From the NCBI RefSeq assembly GCF_001194135.2, contig NC_068998.1:51748981-51812980 (forward strand): 64,000 nucleotides of DNA, read 5' to 3'. Shown here piece by piece: positions 1-12,750 of the stretch. The translations under genes were made by a program, and so were the position numbers. Position 1 is the stretch's first letter. Every line of letters starts with the position of its first letter. Under the pieces are notes generated by a model. That model was not told the DNA's origin and did not search any database. It saw only the letters and a program-made list of their open reading frames with translations. Source of the DNA: Octopus bimaculoides (taxonomy: Eukaryota).

Positions 1-231
1 ACACAATGTTTTGGACTGTTTAGTATCCATTCATCTTAATGCATATACGCTTAGCAGCATTTTGTCTATCTTCACCTGGTGAGTTCAAATTCTTCCGAGG
101 TCAACTTTGCCTGTCCTCCTTTCAGGGTTGATAAAATAAGTACCAGTTAAACAGTAGGGTCAATACAATCAACTAACTTTCACCCTCCATATGATTATCT
201 GTTCCATTATTAAGCTGCTGTTTAATGTGCT

Positions 232-445
232 GAGCTGGCAGAATCATTAGCATGCCAGGCAAAATGCTTGGCAGTATTTCATCTGCCGCTATGTTTTGAG
301 ATCAAATTCCACCACGGTCAACTTTGCCTTTCATCCTTTTGGGCTCGATTAGATAAGTACTAGTTATACACTGGGGTCGATGTAATCAACATAATCCCTT
401 CCTCCAAATTTGAGGCTTTGTGCTTCCAGAAGAAAGGATTAAGCT
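232..445 (+). mobile_element. SINE-like family A (gagctggcagaa...gcctttcatcc...aagtac...ggggtcgat); further copies at ~45-185, 9005-9200, 12985-13185, 13205-13335, 21190-21435, 32230-32335, 37300-37490, 43015-43130, 47575-47850
   Basis: More than ten dispersed copies in both orientations; B-box-like GAGTTCAAATTC. Confidence 0.8.
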
Positions 446-1596
446 GCAGTTTAGAAGGTTCAAGCATAAAATTATGATTAAAATGTTTTAATTTAAATAT
501 GAACAATTTAAAATAGGGAGTTTGTATCTCTGTCTATATTTCAGTTAATTTTGAAGGCAATGAAGAATTTAGGAAAATAATTTGTCATTATATTTGCTGG
601 TGTTTGAAACATAATTAAACATGGAATTTTGATGGACAGTTTTAATTTAGATCGCTTTAAAACAGGAAGTTAGTATCATAAAACCAAGATCAGTGATAGG
701 CAGGGCTGGTTTCAAAGAAAATTAAAATATTTGAACAGCTATATTCTTCCCTTCTACAGTTCAGTCTTTAGCTCACATAGTTTTATTTACCAAGTGTATA
801 ATTATTGATTTTAACTTAATAAAAATAAATAGATTCAGTAATCTACAGAGAAGTTAATGAATTATGATGTTGATGATGCCACTTATAACACTGTACTTGA
901 TAAAATTATGTAAATTCATGTTTTACTGTGCAGTCTTTCCTGCAAAAGTTATCGCTTTAATCAATTCCACCATTTTGTTTTCCAAATAAACTATAATCAT
1001 TACTGTCTCATAATTAACTAACTAACTGATTACTACCAATTAAAAATTAATCATGCAATAGGAGAAATATTTCAAATTTCTAAATAACAAACTGCTCTGA
1101 ACGCTCTGTGTTCAATATATGCAGCACTGTCTTTTGGTTACACCCACATTTCTTTTCTAGTGTTTATTGATCTGAAAAGTTTTTTTAAAAATTAAATAAC
1201 ACATAATATCTAACTGAAATTGTTGTTATAAAACCGATTTTAAATATCCATTAAATATCTGTAGAAGAATAAGCCTTGGAAGACATTGCCTTTTTTATCC
1301 TTTTTTATGATATCCAATCTTTAATTTTAGATGTTTATTTGAAATGGTTTTTATATCCATTTTCTGTTTCTGTTTTAAATATGGATCCAACATATTTGCT
1401 TTCCAATTTATCATCTGAAATATAATAGATTCAAAATGAAACTGAATTTTAATATGATACAAGAAAACAGATCATGGAACACATTGCTCTTAACCCCATC
1501 AACAACCTCTGTGTGATTACTGAAGTAATTGTATGCCAGGATCAGTAAGACCAATCCAGGCCACACATAAAGCCCACAGCATTAGCCCCTATAAGT

Positions 1597-1993
1597 TCAA
1601 GACATTGTGGAGTCACGCTCTTTTGACAATGTTCCAGAATTGGTTTTTGTGTCTTTCCTCATTATGTGAAACTTGCCCCACACGTCCATATTTAAAGCAG
1701 AAACAGAAATCTGCCCAGAAATGGTCATCATTGACCCACCAAGGACATCAGGAGTCATTGACGATGTAATAGGGCTGTTAGATGAACTCAACTGTCCAAC
1801 ATCTGCCTTCTGAGACTGCTTCTTTTTCCTGCCCTTCAACTCTTGCCTGATCCTGACCAAGAAGAATTCAGCTGTGTTCAGGAAACAGGCAACCTCCATG
1901 TCCCAGCAGTTAGTGGCTACAACCACAAACACTCGGTGCCTTTTCACTTCCTGTGTTCCATTGGAATCTGCCATGTTAATGCTGTCAGTGTGT
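1597..1993 (-). CDS. Probable terminal coding exon of an unidentified protein (HTDSINMADSNGTQEVKRHRVFVVVATNCWDMEVACFLNTAEFFLVRIRQEL...SKERDSTMS*); an in-exon ATG start at 1974 is also possible
   Basis: Longest non-repeat open frame in the ORF track (143 aa), visibly more GC-rich than its flanks, preceded by a pyrimidine-rich acceptor (ttttgactttctcatttgtttttttAG, AG at 1995-1994); AATAAA lies downstream at 1339-1334. No family recognised. Confidence 0.55.
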
Positions 1994-4900
1994 CTAAAAA
2001 AACAAATGAGAAAGTCAAAATTTGGCACATAACATTATGTTAGATCTTCGTCCATTTATGTATGGCCTGTTAAATTTATTTACAAATATCTGGTGTAACC
2101 TATACTTGTGTTAGATATATGAATTTATCATTTTATTTTATGAATACCTAGGCTACTAAGATATAAATAAGTTGCTTAAGTGTTTGAGCTACAGATACTT
2201 GACTCAATATTCATAGGTTTATTGGCTTATTGTCGCCCATTGAGACAATTCCACTTGCCCCATTTAACCTAACATTCGGTTTTCTTTACAAATTACAAAA
2301 GCGGAGTGAAAGTAGTGATGAGAGAAAACTAAGAAAAGATATTATCTTCACTGATAAAACACGTTCAGTTATGAAGATTTTGCTCTCACAAATCCTACTT
2401 AAGCCAATATGTTTAACATGAACATCCACTCTCCGTGTTTGCCTGGGCAGACAGTTTGTTGAAGCAGATTTTCTGTGGCCAGATGTCCTTCCTGTTACTA
2501 ATCTTTTTTTCAAAGCAAGGCAATATTTCCTATTTCTTATAACCTGCTGTGTTTTAATTGAAGATTGGAAACCAACAACACTATGTGTATGAAGGTGACA
2601 ATCATTTACAACTATCATACATTGTCAAGATAAGAATATGCAAACACATACCCCCCCCCACATACACATACACACACAAACACAAAAATGCAGGATGAGT
2701 ATCATTCACTTTCTGTTTACCAAATCCACTCACAAAGCTTTCGTCAGCTTGAGGCTATAATCAAAGATACTTGCCCAAGGTGCCACCCAGTGGACCTGAA
2801 CCTAAAATCCTGTGATTGGGAAGGAAACTTCTTACCACACTGCCATGCCTGTACCTTCACAGCTATGCCTACACTTTCATAGCCATGCCTGCACCTTAAT
2901 ATATGAGCAAGAATTGTCCAGTATGGTATATACATAAATCAGATGTGATAGTATATTAAGCCATCACTTTGTACCATTATGTAAATGAGTTGCGTTCATC
3001 AAAAGTTTTGTTTGCATTTTAATTAGTTTCTATCCATGAAAGATTGGGAAAGAGAGTTGTCACAAACTGTTAAATGTGAACAAAACCAGGTGGTGCCACT
3101 CCAATTCCAAAGTTGCTCAAAAGATCCTCATAGAGTCTAATTAAATAGTAAGATTAAATTCATATCCATATGGATATGACTCCATACGATATCCATATGG
3201 ATATGGCCATATTGTTGATTTATCAAGATCTATAGATGCAAACTTTGAAATAATACCAGTTTATTGAAACTTCAGGATTGAACATGACTATTTATATTTT
3301 GTTTTACATTTTTTGCATAGTTTGCAGATAACGATATTAAGTGATTCTGTGCATGCATTAGAGTTTGATTGCATCAAACTCTGTATGTTTGTGCACGTGC
3401 ACATATCTGCCCACTTATACTGTTCAAGCTTAATCCATAAACCTATTTTATAATATGCAAATTTGGTCTTCATTTGCAACCGGAATTAACTTCATCCTCC
3501 CTTTTGCATTAGGTAAGTCCAGTTTGCAGTTTTGTACAGTTAACTATTGAGACTTTATGTCTCACATTGGGCTTACGTTTCTATGCTCTGAATACCAAGC
3601 GTTTAATGTTCAAAATGTGATTTAGTGAAGAATTCTATTTCCTTTCTATTTCCTGAAATAAACATTGAGGTCAAGATCTAAAAATAATAAAATATTTATA
3701 GATTTCTAACGATTTAATCTTTTTCTTTTAAATACTTTCAATAGTTTGATTAAGTTCTCTAGACAATAACTACTTGGTTTTTCTGATGAAGAACCATTTG
3801 AAGAAAATATTTCTGTTGAATAAAAACAAAGGGGAAAATATGGTATAGGAATTAAGAGATTTTGCTCAGTTTCTTTGAGAGGATTTTAAAAACTTGTAAA
3901 CAAAGGTGGGAATTAATAAAATAAAAAGTACTTTAAAGTACGAGTTTGTCACTTTGCCAGAAGCCGTTATTGGTTATGATATTGATTTAAAAATTGGGAA
4001 AAGAAAAATAATTTGACCTTCAATTAAACAAAAATAGAAACTAAATAATTTGTAAGGGATCCAAATTGTTGTAACACTTTTGGCAATTCCATGGTAGATC
4101 TGCCTTGTGCATGTTGAAATGGCAATGGGTATCCTTTGGACCAGAATCAGAAAAACATTTTAAAACTGCATCATTGTCATCATTAGCATTATTGGTGCTG
4201 GCAGCTGTGATTTTGCCATGCCAATACAATGCATCTTCATTTGAATCAATCTTGTTTCATTTGTAAAACTAAATGTTGTTCGAAATCTAATGAGGTAGCT
4301 TGAGATAATGTGAGCTAAAGGGGAAGCTAAATTACCTGTGAAAGACCATTTATCTATATTACTAAATATTGATCTGAATAGAAATAGCAGTGAAATTATT
4401 AATGCACAATACCGTTACAGAATTTTGGAAAATTTAATTCTGAAACATTGGTCAGTTATTTAGAAATTACTTAAATCCACTCTATCAAGTTATTGTTCAT
4501 TTGCAATTAGTTCTGAAATCTAAGAATTGTAATCCTTTTCTGAGCGCTATTCATTTTCTGAATTTGCTTGAAGAATATGGAAAAGCTCTTCGTACCATTT
4601 ATCATCATCACTGTTAAACTGATAATCTATTAACTTGTAGGTTTAGCATGTATTCAAAGCTGGGTAAACGTGACATTAAACGAAAACCAATAAATTTGGT
4701 TACATCTGGAAGTCTTTTGGAATGGTTCTGAAATCTTATTACGGCAATAAAATATTCAAATCTATTAATTTCCAACTGGAATCTTTCTTTCTTGTTACTT
4801 TCAATGTGGGAGAGAATATAATAATATTTGTCAGTACCGTCCAGTTTATATAAAGGCTCATTAATGAATTAAAACTTTTTGGAAGTTAGTAAGGTTCTTA

Positions 4901-5118
4901 GCGAAATTACTAAGAAAATGACTACCTTATATACTTATGATAACAAATGTCAATGGATCTAATTTTTCAACTTCTCAGCATCTCAGATTGTAATACTCGC
5001 GATAATTCTCATAATTATGAGATGGTTGATTTTGTTGTTTGGTCCCAACTAGTTCCAGTCTAGCAGAGTTTTTGTCAAAGCCATTCCAGTAATGACTATC
5101 TCTTCTTTTTGGATATAG

Positions 5119-5990
5119 TACGTGGTCTGATCAGTAACTATCTGGATTGTTGCCATAGTAACGAAGCTAAAACACACAGATTAAAGCTGCTTGACACAGA
5201 TTCACCTTGAACTCTGCTTCGCATACACACTAAGTTTTAACATTCTAGCTCACTTCCACTGTTTACAGTAGTACTTGGAAGGAAGGTGTGTAGTATGTGA
5301 TTGTCGCACTGGCCATGACAGAGAAAGTCGAGCAGAGAATCTGCATCAAAAGCTTGGTGATACCTGCTCAGAGGCCTACACAAAGTTTTCAAAAAGTTTT
5401 CATTGTTCTTGACACAATCAAGGAGATCTTGTGCAACTGAAACCTGAGTGTCTTTTGCTTAGCTGAAACCAGTTTTGGCACAAACATGGCAGACAGCTCA
5501 TACCAAAATCTTCAGTGATAATGGACTGAACTGAACCATAACTAATCAAAGAGGAAGATGGTATTGGAGGGGGGTAATTTAAAACAAATTTATTTAGTTC
5601 TGTGTCTGTTTAACTCCAAGTCAACCTAGCAGCATTATAGTTGTGTTTTTTCAAGCGTAGTACATCGAGGATGTTTTAATAATTTCTGCATTTTACATAT
5701 ATTTGGAGATGTAACAACTGTCAATGACCATCTTCAATATCAGTCAATAGAGAAGCCTTGATAGTTTTTCCTTTTTTTTTTTTAATCTTTTACTCTCCCT
5801 TCCACAAGTCTTGGAGGCCCTGTTAGTCCAGTATAGGCACTGGACTTTCTTCCAACTGAAAGACCCACAACCTGTAGAACTGAGAAGACCATAGCAGATG
5901 TGCATGCAGCTGTGAGGAGAAATCGTTGAATCACCATCCGTAAGTTATCAGAGGATGGGCAGATTAGTTGTGGTTCAGTTCAGTCCATTA
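5119..5990 (+). mobile_element. Decayed, rearranged mariner (Tc1/mariner) transposon
   Basis: TA followed by a TIR-like CGTGGTCTGATCAGTAACTATC at 5121; MTEKVEQRICIK-like N-terminus; HTH remnant RPTTCRTEKTIADVHAAV...ISCGSVQSI at ~5860-5990; the continuation ISYGSVQSIITEDFGM..FVPKL lies on the minus strand at ~5400-5547. Confidence 0.8.
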
Positions 5991-6107
5991 AATGTAAAAA
6001 CAGTTTACTTTTGTTTTTCAAGTAAAGGTTACTCGAAAGATTGAAGGATTACAAATATAGGTTTTCAATGACAAGTACCTTTCCTGCTGCTAACCTTTGT
6101 GTGTAGT

Positions 6108-6327
6108 TTAACCCTTTTGATACCAATCTGATTGAGACTACTCCATGTTTCTATGATACAAAATCCTTTTTTTTTATGTGATCTAAGTTAAAAACTTCAA
6201 TTAAATTTTCATGTTAATTTAATTTCCTAACTTTAGCTTAATATTCTATTAAATTATTCTTTATTTTCAAAATTATTTAAAACAAAGGCAGTGTATTTCA
6301 AAAGAAATATGGCAGTTAAAAGGTTAA
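6108..6327. mobile_element. piggyBac-like MITE
   Basis: TTAA-CCCTTTTGATACC left end and degenerate ...AAAAGG-TTAA right end; a related right end recurs at ~44928-44968. Confidence 0.55.
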
Positions 6328-6712
6328 TCACCCTTTTATGCTTTTTATGTGGAAATGTTATCCAGTTGGAAACCAGTATTTTACATATTAAGTTGCAATA
6401 TATAATATTAATGATTGTAAAGTCAGCTGTAGACAGGGAAAGTTTAGTTTATTCATGTCTTTTATTGCTGATTGAAGTGTCAGTCAGAATGCCAGATCAC
6501 TTGTTGATGATGGTTGTTGCTTTTTGCTGTTTAACCACAATTCAACCCTGATTGAGCAGATCAAAGGCATTCTAGTTGCAACCATTCTGTCATTTTTTGT
6601 TGTTTCTTTTTTTAGATGTAGTGTCTGGGAAGGACTACATTATCCAGTATATGCTTCCAGTTTATCATTCAAAATTCTAAGGTGTGATACGAGGGAGATT
6701 TTGTTGCCATTT

Positions 6713-7110
6713 CATCATCATCATCATCATCATCGTTTAACGTCCGCTTTTCATGCTAGCATGGGTTGGACGATTTGACTGAGGACAGGTGAACCAGATG
6801 GCTACACCAGGCTCCAATCTGATTTGGCAGAGTTTCTACAGCTGGATGCCCTTCCTAACGCCAACCACTCCGAGAGTGTAGTGGGTGCTTTTACTTGCCA
6901 CCGGCATGAAGGCCAGTCAGGCGGTACTGGCAACAGCCATGCTCGAAATGATGTCTTTTACATGTCACCTGCATGGAAGCCAGTCCAGCGGCACTGGCAA
7001 TGATCTTCTTTGAATGCCAGTGCCGCTGGACTGGTTCCACTGGCTCCACTGACATTTGAGCGAGATCGTTGCCAGTGCCGCTGGGGATTTCGATAGAGTC
7101 CACTCTGTTG
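6713..7110 (-). mobile_element. RTE-derived 3' tail element with (ATG)n tail; other copies at ~2410-2520, 9210-9320, 23655-23880, 29187-29346, 32335-32555, 34420-34620, 48270-48420, 58565-58760, 60580-60745
   Basis: Shared ...gcatgggttggacg...ctggatgcccttcctaacgccaaccactc... core; same tail follows the RTE coding remnant at 57210-57715. Confidence 0.8.
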
Positions 7111-7762
7111 CAAGCATTCAGGCCAGTTTAATGACGTCTCCTTACCGTCCTCCTTTCCATAAATCTTGGTAGCCTTGTTAAAAGTATAGGCCCTGGACTA
7201 TACTAGATAATAAAAAAAGAAAATGGAAAAACTATTGTGGTTTCCCTATTGACTGATGTCAAAGAAGGTTGTTGGCAGTTATTACATCTCCAAATATTAA
7301 TCAGGATGGAGATGAGTAAATTTAATCTATAACAACTTTTCAGTAATTGAAATGTATAGATTATGGTGTTCAGAAATCTATACACATTGATTATATGCTG
7401 AGTATACGATTGGCTCTGGTGAATATTTAATTTATGAATTAGTGCAGGTAACAACAGGAACATTGTATGTGTCTGCATGCATAAGAATTAGAAAAAGTTT
7501 GTATAATGTATTGATTAAAATTAAGACCTGATTTAAAATTCCTGTTAATGATCTACTTTTGGTAATATAGATGAAGAAACTATGCTTGAAAATGGTCATG
7601 GCATTGTCCCAATATTTCATAAGTAGTATAGTGACTTCAAATGGAGTTTGACTGGCCAGAAATCACAAGTTTTAAGAGCACTGCTTGCAGTTAAATGATT
7701 GACCAGTTTAAGACTGAATGATTTTATCAACTTCTGATGATTTACTTAAGTAGTACATAAAT

Positions 7763-7804
<42 letters not shown>

Positions 7805-8285
7805 GCGCATGCATGCGCATGTGCACACACACACACACACTTTTAATGGGCACATATTTCAGTCTGACACAGTATAATGGAATTGAGAAACAGATGCTAA
7901 AAAGTTGATGGTAATAAATGCCAAGATAATGTATATCTTGCCAAGATATACAGTGTGTCAAATAATATATGAATATTCTATGAGTTTGTCATTACTTTTA
8001 CATAAAGATAAATTAGATATTTAGAAATAAAAGATAAAACATCACTTATAAATCTCATGAGCAATTAAATTTTATTGACTGGAACTGAACAAGAAATTAT
8101 TAGAATGATTAATTGTACTTTTTTGTTAGGATCAGGCAAGTCTGTACAGTTAAGAAGTTTGCCACATAACCACATGGTTTCAGGTCAAGTCCCATTGTGT
8201 GTCACCTTAGGCAACTGTCTTCTTGTATGGCCTCAGGTCAACCAATCTTGTGAGTGTATTTGGTAGGCAAAAACTGAAAGAATCT

Positions 8286-8332
<47 letters not shown>

Positions 8333-8708
8333 CAGTATGGAGCAAATAATTCATGAGAAAAGTAATTCACAAAAAATAAATTTGTGAAGATATAATGGAC
8401 TCTATTATTATCTAGTGTAACAATTTAAAAATGATAATAACAGAATCAATAATAAGGGCGATTGCAGGCCCAAGGAAAACGTTAAATAGCTGAAGGAATA
8501 AAATTAATTTTAATCTTTCAGCTAGTGGCTCTATTTAATCGATCAATGCAAACATTACATCAATTTGAAATAAACCGCTCTCCTCAGGTGCATACAACCA
8601 TATAGATTTCCAACATACAGGATACTCCATTATATAACTGCGAGCTGTGCGGACAATACTGGACAGACTTGGTACCTCAACTTAAGTACCTAATTCAACT
8701 GAATCTTA

Positions 8709-8852
<144 letters not shown>

Positions 8853-10111
8853 CGCACATGGGGTGGAGTTGTTTGTTTCTCCTTGTCTTGATCTTGTGTG
8901 ATACCATTAAACAAGCATCACAATCCTACAAGCAACAGTCTTCACTTCTAGTCTCCTGGAAAAAGCCTACCTGAACATGAGACAGTATTATTTTATTTAG
9001 AAAGGTGGTGAATTGTAAGCATGCCAGGTGAAAAGCTTAGCAGCATTTTGCCTGTCTTACCATTTTGAGTTCAATTCTGTCATGGTCGACTTTGCCTTTC
9101 GTCCTTTTGACAACAATAAAATAAGCACTGGTTGAACGCTGCAGTCGAGGTAATTGACTTCTCCCTCCCTCAAAACTGCTGCCAAAATTTGAAACCAGTA
9201 TTACTTTACTTGGAAACAGGAACAGGAAGGACATCTGGCCATAGAAAGTATGCGTCAATGAATTCTGTCCAACCCATGCAAGCGTGGAAAATAGACATGA
9301 AAATGTTGATGACTATTATTATTGTTGTTGTTTGCTAAATCATATCAATCTTCAGATTATAATATCTCTGGACACCATTACTAGCTTTTGTTCATAGTTT
9401 AATTTTCATATATATTTAAAATTTGGAATAATACTAAGCAGTAGAATTATTTTATAAGATTTTGGTTTTATTCCAGTAATCTTAAAAACCTATCAAAGTA
9501 ATAGAAAGCAAAGACTGGATAAAAGTGTATTTTAATGAGTATGTTAATCTGCTCGTTAAATCTCACTTGCTTCTTGTTTTTTTATTTTAATGTAATGCTA
9601 ACAACTTGCTTTCTTGGTGTTCTACTCTTCCTTTCTTCTTAAATAACTGGAAAAGTTTACAAAACTCATTATGATTTAGAAATGCTTCTAGTTAAAACTA
9701 TGAATTATATCTCTTCTTAATAATGTGGAACACATTGCTACTGTTTACTTAAATCCTAATCAAACAGACCTATGATCAATGGTATTCCAGTTATGACCAT
9801 TCCATCTATTTTTAGACAGCACATCTAGGTGTGCGTTTGGTCAGTGTGTCCTTCTTAAGACGGTAGAGTGTGATCTGAGAGAAAATTTGGCTTCTATTTC
9901 TAGCAGGTTCAAGTAAATGTTCTCTTGCTGACTCGTAGTATAGGTAACTCTTTGCTGTACATTTCTAACCAATTTAACGAGGAATATTTATTAATTAAGT
10001 AAGTTTCATTATGTTATTTAGATAAATGGTAACACCTTTGTTATTATATTAAAAACTCCATTCCCTCGTTAATACAGAGAGAAATGATTACTACAAAGAT
10101 AAAATACTTAC

Positions 10112-10192
10112 CTAATTATTGAAATAGGTATAATCAGTTTAAGTGCTGCATACCACCCAAATATCATCAGAGATATTTCGTATTCTTTCATG
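10112..10192 (-). CDS. Candidate internal exon, 81 nt, phase 2/2 (MKEYEISLMIFGWYAALKLIIPISII)
   Basis: catttttaAG acceptor, TAG|GTAAGT donor, only one frame open across the exon, hydrophobic product. Confidence 0.3.
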
Positions 10193-11265
10193 CTTAAAAA
10201 TGATTTAGCAGATCAACATATCTTTGTATATTTATTTATTCATTTATTTACTTATTTACTTATTGCTTTAATAAACTTTAAGAATAGTCAAGAAATGGAG
10301 AGATTCAATAAAGTGGCTGCAGATATAGTTGTGTAGTTACACATGTTTGCTTTTCATTCTTCTATGGTTTGGTTAAGTCTCTATCACAACCTTGGGTTGA
10401 TCAATGCCTTTGCAAATGATTGAAATTTGGGAGATGGAAAATGTGCAGACATGCACTGGAGAGATCATTCTGGCTAATTATTGGTAGGCTTTAAAATAAG
10501 TCACTTGTTTAACTGGGACTCTTTAGTGCAGGGGTGGGGAAACTTTTTAGTGCGGCTGGTAAAGGTCTGCAGGCAGATCACAAGTTCTAGCTCTTATATT
10601 TGCATATATCTTGTATATATCTATGTTTAATTCGATATACATTAATAAATATAAGTTTAACACATCAAATTAATGAGTAACATCTTCATTAACACCAGCA
10701 CTGAATTTAGGACATTTCTATCCAATAATCTTAATTTTGTAATATAGCCTTGCAGGGACATAGATCCCTTTTTTTTCCTTAGGTTTTTAATTTATTCAAA
10801 ATTTTCCATTGATTTTTAAAATAAGAATAAGGTTAGTTGCTTTCTAGTGCTAACATGCTATCTTAAAAATAATGGTTTGCTAATACAATATGAACGTGTG
10901 TGTATTAATATGTATATATCTTACAAATAGAGAATATACAAGCAAAACATGTGGTATCACTTTAGAGGTAGAGGAGTTATAGTAAATACATATACACAAT
11001 ACTGTAACTCTTGTTGTTTAACCACCTTTGATTGAGCTGATCTCTGGCAAAAGCCTTCTAGCTATGACCATCCCATATGGTTCCCAAGCTTACTGAGCCA
11101 AGAACCACAACAGTCTATGTGTCTTTCTCTTAAAAGAGCAGAGTACTCACACATTACACAAACCCATTGACTTTGTATCAGTGTCTGGCCAAGAAGATAA
11201 TAAGCACTAAATTATTATAGAATTCCTTATTGCGGATTACTACAATCACAAGTGAAATCTCCCTG

Positions 11266-11307
<42 letters not shown>

Positions 11308-11916
11308 GACACAGACAATGAGGGATAGAGAGATTAATGACCAGGTAAAGTGAAAGAGAGATACAGAAGTTAGTAGACATTAACAATCATTGAGAGAGAG
11401 AGAGAAAACAGCATTTGATATCATATTGAACCAAACTAGAAAATAGAGTGAAGGCAGCTACATGTTATTACAGAGAAAGGAATGGTAATATGCATATATG
11501 CTTGTGTATGTGTGCAACATGTGACCCTCTCTTACTTTTGTCCTTTACTTCAGTTCTTCTTTCTCTCTCTCTTTCTTTCTCTCTTGGCATAACAACAAAT
11601 TTCTTTCACTTGACTTATAAAACCAGAATTGATGTTAATCTCAGAAACACCCACAGACAACATGTATTTCTTTAATACAGAAATGGATAATAGTTCCCTG
11701 AGAAATGAAATTTGGAATTACTCTGATAGTCTATAATACTAAAACGGAGAACAGCATTAATGGATGTTCAAATGAGATTTTAAATAAATTCCAAATAGTA
11801 TCGTTTTTTTTTTTATTTTTATCTTTTTTTATTTTTTTGTCATCTTTACAGATTCCATGTATGCTTCATTCATGCTACCAAATTTGTATATTACCTGACT
11901 GACAAAAACACCTTAC

Positions 11917-12003
11917 CTTCCAGAACTTTGTGGAATTGTTTCTCTGGCTTAGTTAATAGAATATAACTTTCCATTATTGGTTAATTCTTTTCATTGTTGT
12001 CTC
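11917..12003 (-). CDS. Candidate exon; all three frames are stopped early, with ATG at 11974 giving MESYILLTKPEKQFHKVLE
   Basis: cattttattcattgtAG acceptor and AAG|GTAAGG donor. Confidence 0.25.
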
Positions 12004-12373
12004 CTACAATGAATAAAATGTCTCTTATTTTTTTTCTCCTTTCTGGAAAAGTTAAGTATTTCTTCTTAGTCTGAAATAATTTTCTAATATTGTGGTTGCT
12101 GTTTGGCCCAGAGTCAAGACTGATCAGATAGACTTACAATCAAAATCATTTTATTTGTAATACTCATTCACATCTATTTTTTTATCCTCAGACAGCGTTG
12201 CATTCCCCTGACTATTCTTATCCAATGTATCCTCCTCCTCCGCCTTTTTAAAATTAAACTTGAGTGAAATTTGAAGAAGATTTATCTACAAGGTTGAGTG
12301 ATTATATATAAACTCCCTTGTTGACTCATTTTACAATACTGATTTCTTTGGTCTACATTGGTCTTTGTAAAAG

Positions 12374-12376
<3 letters not shown>

Positions 12377-12405
<29 letters not shown>

Positions 12406-12490
12406 CTGTGTGTGTGTGTGTCTGTGTGTGTGTGTGTGTGTGTCTGTGTGTGTGTGTGTGTCTGTGTCTGTGTGTGTGTGTGTGTGTGTG
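12377..12490. repeat. (GT)n microsatellite with periodic CT interruptions
   Basis: Direct inspection. Confidence 0.95.
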
Positions 12491-12750
12491 AAGGCACATG
12501 GCCTTGTGGTTAGGGTGTTGCACTCATGATCGCAAGATTGTTGTTTCAATTCCTGGTCTGAATGCCACATTGTGTTCTTTAGCAAAACACTCAATTTCAA
12601 ATTGCTCCAGTCCAGACTAGCTTCCAAATAGGAGCATATGTAGGCCTGCATGCCTTGCCCCAGCGGATGGCATCACTTGAATGCTAAAAAGATGCAAAGT
12701 GCATTGTGACCCCCATGGTGTATAACAACATCTCAAAGTTTGGTTGACCG
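12490..12750 (+). mobile_element. tRNA-derived SINE family C; other copies at ~14325-14620 and 20425-20680
   Basis: TGGCCTTGTGGTTAG A-box, GTTTCAATTCC B-box, shared ...attgctccagtcca core. Confidence 0.75.

Noticed and set aside
3690-4700. Frames broken almost only by TAA/TAG, suggesting a ciliate-type genetic code insert
   Set aside because: TAA and TAG dominate stops in AT-rich DNA by chance, TGA stops also occur, and the best frames switch strand
8500-8590. Minus-strand CTGAGGA...GAAA as a third hammerhead
   Set aside because: No stem I or stem III pairing and no NUH site could be placed
10526-10560. caggggtgggaaac, hAT-like terminal sequence
   Set aside because: No matching opposite end or target-site duplication found
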